64,000 nucleotides of DNA from assembly GCF_009914755.1 (NCBI RefSeq), contig NC_060926.1; one strand, written 5' to 3'. Shown in pieces: positions 29,741 to 49,080 of the stretch. This DNA is from the human T2T-CHM13v2.0 reference genome, Homo sapiens. Every line of letters starts with the position of its first letter. The stretch's first letter is position 1. The translations under genes and the position numbers were made by a program. Under the pieces are notes generated by a model. The model was not told the origin of the DNA. It saw nothing but the letters and a program-made list of their open reading frames with translations, and searched no databases.

Positions 29741-31459
29741 GTGCTCAAGATGGATCAACTTCAGGGTGAAGGTGGGTGTCACCTCCTTCTTCCCCCATGC
29801 TGCCATTGCCTTGGAAGCATTCAGAAGTCTCTTACTGCTTCTCTGGAACTGGGGGGTGGTAACCACACAATTTTATACTTTTCCTTCTCTTGTTTTGTTT
29901 ATGAGTCTGCCTCTCTCTCCTACATCAGTGACTCTCATTGGGAGAAAACAGCCTAAGGGCATAGATCAGTGTCTCTCTGTGTGTGCATATGCATATGGGT
30001 GAGTAGAACAGAAAAAAACTGTGTGTGATTTGGAAAACCATTATTTGATGCTGCATTACATCTGGAAAATAATAAACGGTAATGCTTTCATGATACAAGA
30101 AGTCAGCTCGATAATTTCCTTGCCCAGGGGGATATACAGAAAAGAAATCCATGCCTGGAGTGCGAAGGCAAGAGGAGTGGTAAAGCAGATCTATCTTCCT
30201 AGGAGGAGAGTAAGATAATCTGATGGGAAGTGACGGCGTGCTTTTCAAATTTCCTTTTATTTGAAATGGATGTAAAAATAAATGTCTGTCACTGTTTTGG
30301 GTTGAATGAGATGATGAAGGCAGAATGTAACGAACATGGAGCCTGGCCCTCTGTATGGTTTGGTGAATGGCAGTTTCCTTCAGTCTTTTGTAAAACAGCT
30401 CCCATTTGTAACCACAGCCACTCACAGGCTTTAATGCAGGGGGTGGTGGTGTCAGCCAGGCCAGAAATTGTCCCTGCTGAGGGAGAGATTTTGGCCAACA
30501 GAAATGTACCATGGGTCCTCTGGATTGGACAGTTTAAACAGGCTCACATACAGATTAGCGTCAGGTCCTGATTCTTTTAACCCACAGTCTTCCTCTCTCA
30601 CCCTTTCTTCTTCTCTTTCTCACCTTCTTACTTCTGCTTCCAGATGCCCATTTATCAACTCATTATTACATTTATCAACTCAATATTACATATCTGAGCT
30701 CAAGATACAACACGTATTTTCCAATTATGAGAGAAGCTGAAATTTTAGGGACTCCAAAATTTCTTTGTAAAAACAACCTTTAAACCTTAAAACATATTCC
30801 ATCCCCCACCACCAGATGTGCTTTCAGAGATACAAATCTATGACTTTCAAGCTAGGGTGGACTAGAGTGGATTTTTCGGTTTTAGAAGCCTCACAGAGAA
30901 ATTTCATGGAGCTAAAAAATGTAAAACAATCTGATCACTCTGTTGAGTAGAGAATATTTGTGGCATTAACCACCAGGTATTTTAGAAGTTAAACTATGCA
31001 AAACTCATTGACTGATTTGCAGAAAAGAATATCAATTAATATATTGACTTTATTACCTCATTTAATTGAAGGCCCCCAAACTCTGAGGCAGATAGGATCA
31101 GCTCCATTTTACAGATGAAGAAAATAAGAGACTATCAATATAAATCCTTTGTGTTGCAGAGATAGTTTATTTATATACACAGTCCTTATTCCTTACTAAG
31201 GACTTAATACAGTACTTTGAAGAAAAAAATATAAATGACAATAGCCTGATAAATGCCTAAATACCAGCGTGTTTGAACCCTCTCTACCAAGAAGCAGGTA
31301 ATTCAGGTCAGGAAAAAGACTGAGAATTTCTCTAGAAATAGGAATTCTTGACCTCTGATCTATAAAAAAGCTGAAAAAAAAAAAAAAAACCAGAAAGGAA
31401 AAAAGCACAGACATAGTCATTCTAGGAATCATTTCATCCAAAAGAGGAAGCCACTTATA

Positions 31460-32215
31460 AAGCAAGTTTAAACAACAACAATACCATTACACACCAACCC
31501 AACTGGTGCAAATGAAAACATCTTACATGGCAAGCGTTGGTAAGAATGTGGAAGAACAGGCACACTCATGTGCCACTGGTGGGTGTGTAAATTACTACAC
31601 CCATTTTAGGATACTTTGGTTCAACTTGCTGATAGAGAAGATGCTCATAGCTTCTGACCCAGCAACGCCATTGCTAGGTATAACCCCTGTAGGTACCCGC
31701 AAACACATATACCAGGGTGGGTGTACACATGGGTTCACAGCAGTCTTGTTTTCCAGCCCTCAGACAGAAATCATCTAAACTAAGATTGACAGTACAATGA
31801 ATAATTTTTATTAATCAATTTATATAATGGGATACTATATAGAAACAAAAGCCAGTGAATGAGAACTGCATATTGAATCTGGCAATGATAACATTGAATG
31901 AAAGAGGCACAACATATATTTAAACACACACACAAAATCTTCCAACATGATTCTACATACAAAGTTCAAAAACTGGAAAAATTAAATTATATTGTTAAGG
32001 ATACATACATAGGAGGTAAACCATATTCTTTCAAAAAGCAAGCAAATTATTATTACAGAAGTCAGATTCATCATTACCACTAGTGGGGAGAAAGGAAACT
32101 GTGATAAGACAGGAGCCCATGGGGTGCCCTAGGCTACTAGCAATGTTTCATTTGTGGACCTGGTGGCAGGTACTCAATGTTTTGCTTCATTATTTTTTAA
32201 TTATAAATATACATT
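31460..32215 (+). mobile_element. Old L1 (L1ME-like) 3' region
   Basis: ataccattacacacc..gttggtaagaatgtggaag..tgacccagcaacgcca..tacaaagttcaaaaactgg. Confidence 0.8.
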
Positions 32216-33423
32216 TTTGGGCATACAAATGTGCAGTCTTCTGTAAACATATTTCACACACACACACATACACACAAATGTACACACTCTAATAAGTAAC
32301 AGAGCCCTAGGAGAGGGCCTGAAGGAAAATTGTGGAAGGGCCCTGGTGTACCCGGGCATCCCGCTGCCACTGTAATGGGCCCAGCAGGTGGACAGCCCAT
32401 GAGATGAGAGAGGGAAGACACTGAGGCGGATGGAGCCAGTTGCTGAGGCAAAGGGACGGGACCAAATGTATATTTTAAGGAAGGAATCCTGGCACCAGCA
32501 ACAAAGAGCGATGGAAGGGGAAGATGGGGAGATCCAAAGCATGCTATTGTAGCATTCCTTTCAAGGATGACCTACCCCTGAAATAAAACAGCGGCACTGA
32601 GGCGAGGAAGACCTACATTTGAGAAAGAATTCAGTACAGATTCATCAGCTCCTAACCAGTACCTAGATGAGAAGGAGAGCCAAAGACGACACTGAGTTTT
32701 ATATTCTGGGTCTCCGCCAGGGCGATAAGGTCTTTAATAGAAATGGGTAACAAAGTGAGATAAAGTGCCATGGGAGATTTTTAGAAAAAAACCTATTGCC
32801 TTGCCATGTAATGACTTTTTTTTCTTTTCCTACAGGGAAGAAAAAATTGCAGTGAATGTATGACTCTAGTTCTTAAGGTATGCCAGCAGTCACAGCGACC
32901 TCTCTCCCCTTTCTTTCCATTGTTTGCATGTTTGTATGAAATTATTTTGTTCAGGGATGCTGACTGCTCACTCTAACTCTCCTTGTTCTCTCAAGGATGA
33001 ATATTGTCCCTTTGCTTCAGAAACCACAGGATTAAACTTTAGGGAGATTATATATTAATCATTTAATTTGATCATCAGGCATGAGCTCTGGCCTTCCCAC
33101 TCAGGACCCCTGGCCTTGCAGCTAGTGGTGCAGATGGACAGTAGCAGGGTGACAGAGGGCCGCCCTCCGCCCTGCTCCCCAATTTCTTCTGCCTCCAGCA
33201 TGAGTGGGTGAGCAGCAGTGGCTCAGGAGCACCAGGAGGCTCGCAGCCTCCTGCCGTTCTGCGAGGACAGGAGGACAGAGTGCAGTAGGGGTAAAGCAGT
33301 GTCTAAGTGGAATTTAGCTTGGGCATTGCCAGCATCTGAGAGGGAACATAAGGACTTGGGAAACCCTTTGACTTGTTTTTGTCATCTGGAGTGTCCTTAC
33401 TTTGCCTAAAAAATCGAAATAAG

Positions 33424-33742
<319 letters not shown>

Positions 33743-33989
33743 TCAAAATAAGATCTGGCCATGAGAGAGAAGTTACCTTTGATTTGTAGCAGTTCTCAAA
33801 ATCATCATTCTTTGCAGAAACAATTATTAGTTCAGTTTTGTATATATGCAGCATGAGAGCAACATCTGGAAGACATCTAGCCAGAAGCTGGAAATGTAGG
33901 TCTAGTTTAAGAAGCCAGGGCTGGAGTCATTGCTGTGGCTGTGACAGAGAAGAACATGGAAGCTACAGAAAATGATGATGATGATGACA

Positions 33990-34178
33990 ATGACAGTCAA
34001 CAGGTGCTGATGATTACTATGTGCTACACTCTGTGCTTAGCCCTCAACAAACTTTATCACAAGTAATTCTAGCAACACTACAAAAGAGACATCTGTTGCT
34101 AGCCCCATTTTACAGATGTGCAGTCTGAGGCTCAGAGTGGTTGAGTGGCTTTCTTCAGGCCACACAGAGCTAACTGAA
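33990..34178 (-). mobile_element. MIR
   Basis: ccccattttacagatgtgcagtctgaggctcagagtggttgagtggct. Confidence 0.8.
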
Positions 34179-34225
34179 TGAGAAGGACTCAAAAAAAAAA
34201 AAAAAACAAAAAAAAAAACACAGTA

Positions 34226-34550
34226 GGCCAGGCGCAGTGGCCCATGCCTGTAATCCCAGCACTTTGTAAGGCCGAGGTGGGCAGATCACCTGAGGTCAGG
34301 AGTTTGAGACCAGCCTGGCCAACATGGCAAAACTCCGTCTCTACTAAAAGTACAAAAATTAGCTGGGCGTGGTGGGAAGCACCTGTAACCCCAGCTACTC
34401 AGGAGGCTGAGGCAGGAGTATCGCTTGAACCCAGGAGGTGGAGGTTGCAGTGAGCCAAGATCACGCCACTGCCCTCCAGCCTGGGTGACAAGAGTGAGAC
34501 TCTGTCTCAAAAACAAGCAAACAAACAAAAACAAAAAAACAAAAACAAAA
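34226..34550 (+). mobile_element. Alu (AluSx/Sq-like)
   Basis: gatcacctgaggtcagg; TSD aaaacacagta. Confidence 0.96.
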
Positions 34551-35859
34551 CACAGTAAACTTCTCAGCGTTCTGAACTTTCAATTGTTTTGTCATAATGA
34601 AATTACGTGAAAATGAATCCCATTCTAGAAACCACATTTCCTGTTTGCAAGTTCAAGAACTAAAAGTGGGTGGATGATGTTTGGTTTCTCTGTAGAGAAC
34701 TGGCAAGCAGCAACGTTTGCTTTGAAAATCGTGGAAAACGAAGAGCACTAACAGATTCATACACCACCCTTGTTCCTCTCCTTCTAGCTTTTAAAATTTC
34801 CTCCGTTTCTTTGTGTAAGTGAGTGGGTAGGAGTTGGTAGATATTTCTAAGCAGTTAGGACCCTGAGGTGATAAGGGTTGAGGGGAACTGAAATGTAGTT
34901 TCTTATCGAGGGCTGGATAAAGGAAGAATAAACACCTCAGTTTACAGCTCAGCTCAGGTGCAATAATAGACATGTAGACTGAGAAGCTGGCAGCCACCAA
35001 TTTTATTAAAAGATTTTTCTGTTTGAATTACATATCATTTTACCAAGAGAATATTGAATCATTGTGCATACTGTGTACTTCTCCAGTGATGCTACCAAGG
35101 AGGTATTTTATACCTAGATGATGTCTCATAGAGAATCTTTTAAGTATAAAAAGAATGTGTTATCCAGAGACCTGGCTTTTTAGTTGTAGTCTGGCATTTT
35201 AGAAACACTGTCCAGCAGCATGATGTGGCAGAGAGAATGGCTAGGAACACACGGTTTCAAGCTCTTGCATTTAATTACTATGTGACATTGATCGAGACAC
35301 TGAACTCCTCTTAGCTTTATTTTTTTCCCTTCATAATCTTACTAGACCACATCATCTCCAAAGTCTTTTGCAGCCATAAAATCTCAGACAGTATGAATTT
35401 ATATAGTAATTATCCAGAGATAAATAATCATGGAATCATAGTTTGAGGTGACAGAGGATGAAATTTTAACTGTCTTCATAGTAGAATAATCCATTTTATA
35501 AAATTGTGAAATATATGGTGCTCACTTCTTCCTTTCCTTGATTCCATGAGAGGGTCAGCAAACCTCCACTAAAACCCTCAGAGCATGGCTGGCCTTATTC
35601 TCTAAACCAGACTTTGATGCAATCTGTTGAGCAGAGAGAAGCATAACAAAGCCAGAATGAAGTCTCATTAAGACAAACATGGATGAAATGTCAGGCTGGG
35701 AACAGCAAAGCTTATTTCTATGTCTCAACAGATGGCTGGGAAAACAGTGTCTTGTTGATCTTGTTAGAATAAATTATATACAAAGAAGCTCTCTATATAA
35801 TGCTAGAGTGTGTATGCAGTACTTGAGTGTATTTAACATACCTATATATACATACGAAT

Positions 35860-35975
35860 CAGAGTTTCTCAACCGCAGCACTATTGACATTTTAGGTCAG
35901 ATAGTTCTTTATTTTGAGGGGTTGTCCTGTAAACTGTAGAATGTCTGGCAGCATCCCTGGCCTCTACCCACTATC
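35860..35975 (+). mobile_element. MER20 5' part (continues at 38746-38812)
   Basis: cagagtttctcaacc..cactattgacatttt..gcagcatccctggcctctacccacta. Confidence 0.88.
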
Positions 35976-35977
35976 TA

Positions 35978-38743
<2,766 letters not shown>

Positions 38744-38745
38744 TA

Positions 38746-38812
38746 CTAGTAGCATCCCCTTCACCTAGTTTTGATAATAAAGATGTCTCTAGACATGGCT
38801 AAATGTCCTGTG
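38746..38812 (+). mobile_element. MER20 3' part
   Basis: ctagtagcatcccc..agtt..aaagatgtctctagacatggctaaatgtcc. Confidence 0.75.
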
Positions 38813-39130
38813 TGAGAGATACACATACAACCACACACACACAAACACACACATACACATATGAATTATTGTACATATTCATATATACACACATACATCA
38901 ATGACATCAGATCTATACTGGCATGGCACTTTCAACTTCATGAATAAATTTTCTACATTTTTAGAATTAGAAGGGTTTGAGGTATCAAGTCCAACCACAT
39001 AATTTTATAGAGTATGAAAACTGTTATGAAAACTACTGTTATTAACAGACTGTAGCCCAGAAATGTAAATAATGACTCTTACCCAGTGACTGTAATTTAT
39101 CTTTTGTTATTAGACACAAGAACACCAGAT

Positions 39131-39368
39131 TGAGACCAGCCTGGCCAACATGTGAAACCTCCTCTCTACTAAAAATACAAAAATTAGCCAGGCATGGTGG
39201 CAGGCACCTGTAATCCCAGCTACTTGGGAGGCTGAGTCAGGAGAATCGCGTGAACCCAGGAGGTGGAGGTGGAGGCTGCAGCGAGCTGAGATCATGTCAC
39301 TGCACTCCAGACCGGGTGACAGAGCAAGACTCTGTCTCAAAAAAAAAAAGAAAAAAAAAAAAAAAAAA
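39131..39368 (+). mobile_element. 5'-truncated Alu
   Basis: Starts at tgagaccagcctggcc; TSD aagaacaccaga on both sides. Confidence 0.95.
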
Positions 39369-41289
39369 GAACACCAGAACTGGAAGAGATCTCAACTTCA
39401 CTCAACCCAGAGTCTATTTTACAAACAAGAAAGTTACATCTCTACTTTTTGCTTTTCTGCCCTTCTACCCATTACACTGATTGTTTCGATCACTTGTTCT
39501 GACAGATTTGGTATTAAGTGAATCAATTTTATTCCTCAAAGTGGTAGAATCTGTGCCCAATTATTGGGAGAGACAAACTTTGCAGAGCATATTCCCTTTG
39601 TTCAGGTAAGTGGTGACAGGTTGAGTCAGCTCCAGGCTCAGAACTCACATCTGCTGAGTTCCACTTAGGTTTTGTGGTAGCAAGAACACAATTATCTAGT
39701 CAATTGCTCTGGAGGGAACATCATCTTGAAAACATGACCAAATTCACACCACTGTAATTAATCAGACAACTGCTCTAGTGTGATCGTGGTTACCACTCCA
39801 TAGAATTGGAATTGTCTTTTTAAACCCGAGGAGACACTGCTCACTTTAAGGTTGAACTTTATAGAAGCTGGTCCCACATTTGGATGCTAATTAGCAAAAT
39901 AATACCCACAATGCAACCTGATTAAACGTTTCACCCATGGGTGGAAACGCATTAAGTAAACAATGCTGTAAATAAAATAAGATTGTGTCAACAGAATATA
40001 TTTGTGTCAGTATGAAAAAATACTTAAAATCCCTTAAAAATAGCTCTTCATATTTTAATGTCCTAGAATTGTTAACTTTTAAAGATGAAGATTTTGGGGG
40101 ATTATCAAGATAGGACTATAGAAAGAATTTATTTAAAAGAGCAAAAGGCAGTGTTGCACTGTGCATTAATTGCATGTAAAGATACACCAGGAACTTAGAA
40201 GGGTCTGGTTCCAATTTGCAAATGCTAGTACAGTACATGTTTTCATCCCTAATCATATTACATCATCTTTGTGTGTTTGAGGGCACAGATAAGACTTATT
40301 CAAACTTCTAGTTGACATGCATTTTGCTTTTGAAAACCAAAGGTTCTCATTTTCTATTAGCTTTTGTGCTACTAGTTTCACAGCATTTGAAGATTCCTGA
40401 ATTTCTGTGCATATTGGTTTTTCCACTTATCAATATTCATATACAGAAGCAATTATTACTGTGAATCACCATGATAATAAACCCGATTTTACAGCACCAA
40501 AGTAAAGAGAAATCTGTATTTAATCTCCATTTGTCTGTACTGGAATGAAGTATTCTTAAATCTGAGAAAGTCAATTATTATTCAAAGAACAATCACAGCA
40601 TAGTTAAAAAATGAGAAATCCAGGACAGCAGAAGGTGTAAAGAAGGCATTTATCAGACACCAAGGGAAAAGGGAAAGACGGTTGATAGCTGAGGTGTCCA
40701 GTTAAAACTCAACTAGCAACACAAATCTCTGGTAGGTATCACTGATAAAGGTCAAGGGGAACAGAGTTATGACAGTGAACTTTAAAAATACTGACAGGAA
40801 ACAAGAGTACTGGTTTCCACGTGTGTTGCCTTGCTATTCACATAAAACCATTAGTCCTTTCACAGAAGGGTTTATTGATTTACACAGATACTCGTTTGTC
40901 ACATCCTGTAGAGTACATTAAAAGCTGCCCAGGTATTTCAAATGTACTTAGCAAATTTGCCTTCTCACTTGTGTGCAGTCTGGAATCTTGGCTGTAAGAT
41001 AGTTTTCAGCATAAAAGGCTTGATTGAAGAGAAAGTCAGCAACTTAACAAAAGAATCGCCGTGAGGCCTCTTTGTGATGTCTTACCAAGAAGCTGCTCTC
41101 ATGGCTGGTGGACATTGATGGGGAATTCATCATGTGAAGGGGACTTAACACATTAGATGCACAGGGATTCACAAAGGATGAACAACACAGTTTTCCTCTT
41201 GCTCATCCCCATAATATTACTGACTTCCTATGTAGTTTGTCACTTCCGCCAGATGTGACTGCCACATGCCCAGTCCTGTGTCATGTAGG

Positions 41290-41525
41290 AGGCAGTGCAG
41301 AGTAACTGATAGGAGAGGTGGCTTTGGCATCCACTTATGTAGGTGTGAATTCTGATTCCACAGCTTATCGACACCCTCACCCTGGGTCACTTGCCTCTTT
41401 ACCATTCAGTTTCCCAATCTATAAAATGAGAGTAAAAACAGTACCTGGATCACAGGTTGTTGTGAGGGTCACATGGGATAATGCATGGAGAGCACTGAAG
41501 AAGATGCCTAGTCTAAAGTGATGCC
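41290..41525 (+). mobile_element. MIR
   Basis: cagtttcccaatctataaaatgagagtaaaaacagtacct..gttgtgagg. Confidence 0.8.
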
Positions 41526-41534
41526 ACCTTGTAG

Positions 41535-41757
41535 AGCTGCAGCTCCCACCCCCCTTGCCACATGGGCTACTCATAAATTAACTAACATTAATTTAAACCA
41601 AAAATGCAGTTCCTCAGTCCCACCAGACACATTTCAAATGATCAATAGCCTTGTTTGGCTAAATGGCTACCATTTTGGTTAAATGGCTACCATGCTGGAC
41701 AGCACAGATAGAGAACATTTCCAACACTGCAGAAAGTTCTATTGGATAGTACTATTT
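41535..41757 (-). mobile_element. MER3 hAT-Charlie MITE
   Basis: cagttcctcagtc..cacatttcaa..ggacagcacagatagagaacatttcc..gcagaaagttctattggatag. Confidence 0.85.
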
Positions 41758-42139
41758 TAGAGGGTGACTTACATAGTTTTAACTTTATTAACTAGTTTTT
41801 AATAAGCATTATCATTTAATCTGAGGCACAGGCCCGTGTCTGATAGTCACTGAAAATTATTTAATGTGTTGATGTGACAAATGTATGTTGACAGACCTCA
41901 ACTCATATTTGTATCACTTCCTTTCCTTCTAAATCATGCTTTCATGTTTATCTCAATTTATCCTCACAATATCCTTGTCAGGTAAATACATCAGACATCT
42001 ATTATTTTCATGTCACAGGGGAAACAGAATGTGTGGTATATGTACATTCAGATAAGCAAATAATGTCTATCTTTTGGAGGGTTTTGAGAGTAAGAAACAG
42101 ATTAGGCAAGGTAGACTACTTGGGAGGAAGTTCTTATTT

Positions 42140-44520
<2,381 letters not shown>

Positions 44521-46004
44521 TTATTTTTCTAAGATGGTGTTTGGATTTCTTTGCCAGATTTGGGTATCTTTCCATCCAACTATAGTTACTGGAGTAGCTA
44601 ACAGAGCAAGAGAGTTCTCTAAGACTTGAAATTTTACAAAAATTTGTCCACAGACTACTTGACTAGAGGGAATGAATTCCAATTTAACTAGATGTGGGAC
44701 AAATTAGCTGTTAATGAAAGTGCCAACAAAATTATAGAAGCAGATGGCTATTTTCTAGATGAGAGATTATACTGTAAAGAGAGAGGCATTTTTGGAGTTG
44801 TCATCGCCATGCAGAGGTGATATGGACCTTGCACCCCAACCAAAATTTTGTTTTGGATATTGAGACTGATAATACCACATGCACATGAAGAAGGCATGAA
44901 AATACTTATAACTCCCATAATGAGGTCTTCTGGGGAGATTAGGGGAGACCCCCAAGCAGATCTGAAGTAGCTTGAGAGAGCCCAACCTTGCTTAGTTTGA
45001 ACTTCCCACCTGAGCCAAAGAAGAAAGTACCTGGGCTTTCTTGACAACCAGAGCAGATGTGGAGCAGAATGGAAAGGGATAGTGGTGAGGCTTCAAAGCT
45101 GCCAGCAAACATAAAACATGGAGTCAAACTCTTTATTACAGTTGAGGTTGAAGAAAGATCAGAGGAGCACTGATTTGATGATGGAGAAAGAAGACATGAA
45201 AATTGATGGTCATGGACCTCAGGAGTTTGGGGGTCAAAACAGCAATTCTCCAAATATTTAAAATTGCATGATGAATAAAGGATTCAGGCTACAATAGAAT
45301 TTTCTTTCTTGACACGTTTTACTTGAATGATTTACTGTTTTGCAGAAAATTTACTGAACTTACACTGCATCCAAGGATTGTGACTTTTGTACCATAATCA
45401 AAATCATTGTTGTTGAAATTCCAAAAGAATATTTTAAATATGCAAGAGCAGAAACATAGGGAATTTAGCCTTTTCCTAACATTATTTATATTACTAAACA
45501 TTACTTTTAACTTATGAATAGTGACAAAATATTTAGAACAACATAAGGAAATACAAATACCTAGAAACTGAAAACCTTTTAGTCCATCCTCAACTCATAA
45601 CAATGATCACCTAACCAAGGTTAGCCATTTTTGAGGTTGAATATAGACTTTTCCAACCCTGTTTGATTCTTTACCTAAAAGGTAAAATACCTTGAGGACA
45701 CACCTGGCTCTAACTTGGGCATTTCAGAGATTAAGATCACGCGGGTAGCAAAGTCTTCAGGGCTGCTGCTTCTCAAAAATTTAGAGTCCTCTTTAAGTTT
45801 AGCCCAGAGGGCTATAAACTCCCATCTTAAGATACTCAGTTTAGCTCTTAGAGACTCTGTCCACATTTTCCTCTTTGTAGGTGGGAAAAGATACTTCCTA
45901 TGTCACCTGCCTGAAGCCATCACCTGTATGTGCACTAAGAGGCAGTATGATTGCCTCATAATCAAGGCTCTTACCACTCAAAGACACGTTTTAGAGGTGT
46001 TTAG

Positions 46005-46329
<325 letters not shown>

Positions 46330-47379
46330 CACAATGTAATCATTCTTTATAAAGCCTCATACCCAACAGAGATTTATTTGGTCAATGCTTTTGTTTATAA
46401 AAGCTTATTAGTCACAATAAGCAACTCCTCCTATACCTAGACACTTTTAACAGTTACAAATTCTTTCTTTAGATTAGATTTTCATTTCTGTAACCTTTAT
46501 TTATTAACTCCTTTTTGCTTTTAAGAGCTATATTAAATATATCTCTATGGGGTTACACAAAACATTTTTTTTTTATATTTACACATCTAAATTACATCAT
46601 CTTGATTTTTCTTTCCCTAAATTAAGTAGCTGTGGCCTGATTTCTATCTTTTCCTACAACATGGTTTTTAGGTGCTTCACCATCTTGGTTGTCTTTTCTC
46701 TTTCTCTTCTTTTCTTTCTTTCCTAAGGCACTCTGGTCAGTCAATTTCTCTCTTGAAATGCAAGTATCCAGAATCAAATCCTTTAGGATGTGGTCTGAAT
46801 GGGGTAGAGTGTGGCAGGACTAACTGTGGTCTTCCAAAAGGATATTATTCTTCTATCGAATATCCTCCGACTGTCTTAGCTTTTAGCATAATCTTGACTA
46901 ATACTAAGCTTATCTTCAACTACTCTCCCATGATTTTTCTTTTAATGCTAATTGTTTTTAAGCCTCTTGATTTAATAAATTGATTTTTAAGCCAAAAATG
47001 CAGGAGGTGACATTTATTACTGTTAAATTTTTATCTTGTTTACTATAGTCCACTGTTGCAGGATATTAAGAAATGAAAGAATATCTGGAATTCTGACTGT
47101 GACAAAATCAGTTATGCTACCTTCCCAGTTTGGATTACCTTTATGTTAAAAACCTGCTGTATAATCTTCATGTTATTGACAAATTATGCTGAATAATGCA
47201 GTTCTAAAACATGGATCCCTATGGCATAATTCTGAAATATCGTAGTCTTTATTGTGGCAGCTGATTACAATTACGAATCTTTCCAACTGAAAGATCAGCC
47301 AACACACATTTCTTCATCCTCACTGAACAGTGTCATAAGTTAAGTAATCAGATGTTTTGTTGAAATCTTGGTGTGATCA

Positions 47380-47763
<384 letters not shown>

Positions 47764-48249
47764 CTATATCCAATGATCATGCCTTTCTTTCTCATTTGCT
47801 CCTTTTTAGAAATTTCCCAGGCAGCAATCTCAAATTTCTTATGCTAGGGTATTCAAATTTTCCCCTTTATCAAAATGAAGACGGTATTATCTTCTATATT
47901 CCATTTCCTCAGAGATTATCGACAATGGTTCTGAGATAATATCCAGTACTTGGAATGTAATTTTCCTGACTGGGAGATGACTCATCCAGAGGAGCTAACT
48001 GCTTGTGTTCTAACTCCTCACCAATCTTGGGCATTGATTCATCCATTGGGATAATTACTCCATCCTTCCCAATGTGAGGAACACTTTGCTTTACAGAAAC
48101 TACAGATGGAAAACAGGAGGTGACTAGCTTTGTCATTTATGGCTCCTGCTGCTGCAAATGCTGCTGTTTTCACCATGTAACCAAAATCTCCAAGTGGTTG
48201 AGAAATCATATGATTTTTCTTCTTGGAGGGATATGAGTAGCAAGCTCTT

Positions 48250-48460
48250 AAAAAGTCCTTACTCTATGTGATAGGACTTGCTAAATGCTTAAAGAATCTT
48301 ATTTAATATTCACAGTAAACCTATGATGGAAGTGCAGTCATTATGCCCATTTTACAGGCAACAATGCTTACAATTAGAGCAGTTAAGGAACTTGCCTGAG
48401 GCACGGCTAGTGAAAACGTGGAGTCAGTATTCAGACTCAGGGTTTTCTGATACCAGCAAC
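48250..48460 (-). mobile_element. MIR
   Basis: tgcccattttacag..gttaaggaacttgcctgagg. Confidence 0.7.
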
Positions 48461-48474
48461 CATAATATTTTAAA

Positions 48475-49080
48475 TTTTTTTTCATTTCTAATTTTTATGG
48501 GTATATAGTAGGTGTATGTATTTATGGGGTACATGAGATGCTTTGATACAGGCATGCAATGTGTAATAATCACATCATGGAGAATGGGGTACCCATACCC
48601 TCAAGCATTTATCCTTTGTGTTACAAAGAATCCAATTATACTCTTTTAGTTATCTAATATTTAAAAATGTACAATTATTATTGACTATAGTCAATAATAT
48701 TTGTGCTATCATATAGTAGCTCTTACACATTCTTCCTATTTTTCTGTACCCACCCATTAACCATCCCCATCTCCCCCGAGCACGCCCCCAACTACCTTTC
48801 CCAGCTTCTAGTAACCATCCTTCTACTCTCTATATTCATGAGTTCAATTATTTTAATTTTTAGATCCCACAAATAAGTGAAAACATGGAATGTTTGTCTT
48901 TCTGTGCCTGGCTTATTTCACTTAACATAATCACCTCCAGTTCCATGCATGCCTTTGCAAATGACTGGATCACATTCTTTTTCATGGCTGAATAGTACTC
49001 CATTGTATATATGTACCACATTTTCTTTATCCATTCATGTGTTGATGAACACTTAGTTTGCTCCCAAATCTTAGCTATTG
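48475..49080 (-). mobile_element. L1MA-type 3' end
   Basis: ttatggggtacatgagatg..gatcccacaaataagtga..ggcttatttcacttaacataa..ggctgaatagtactccattg. Confidence 0.92.

Noticed and set aside
29925-30571. Overlapping 195-aa and 113-aa ORFs
   Set aside because: No recognisable domain, non-ATG starts, no exon structure.
41656-41693. 20-bp tandem repeat tgg(c/t)taaatggctaccat
   Set aside because: Small slippage duplication inside MER3; no functional implication.
44978-45002. cccaaccttgcttagttt, faintly like reverse 5S rRNA or a 5S-derived SINE head
   Set aside because: Match too short and the flanks do not continue; cannot be supported.
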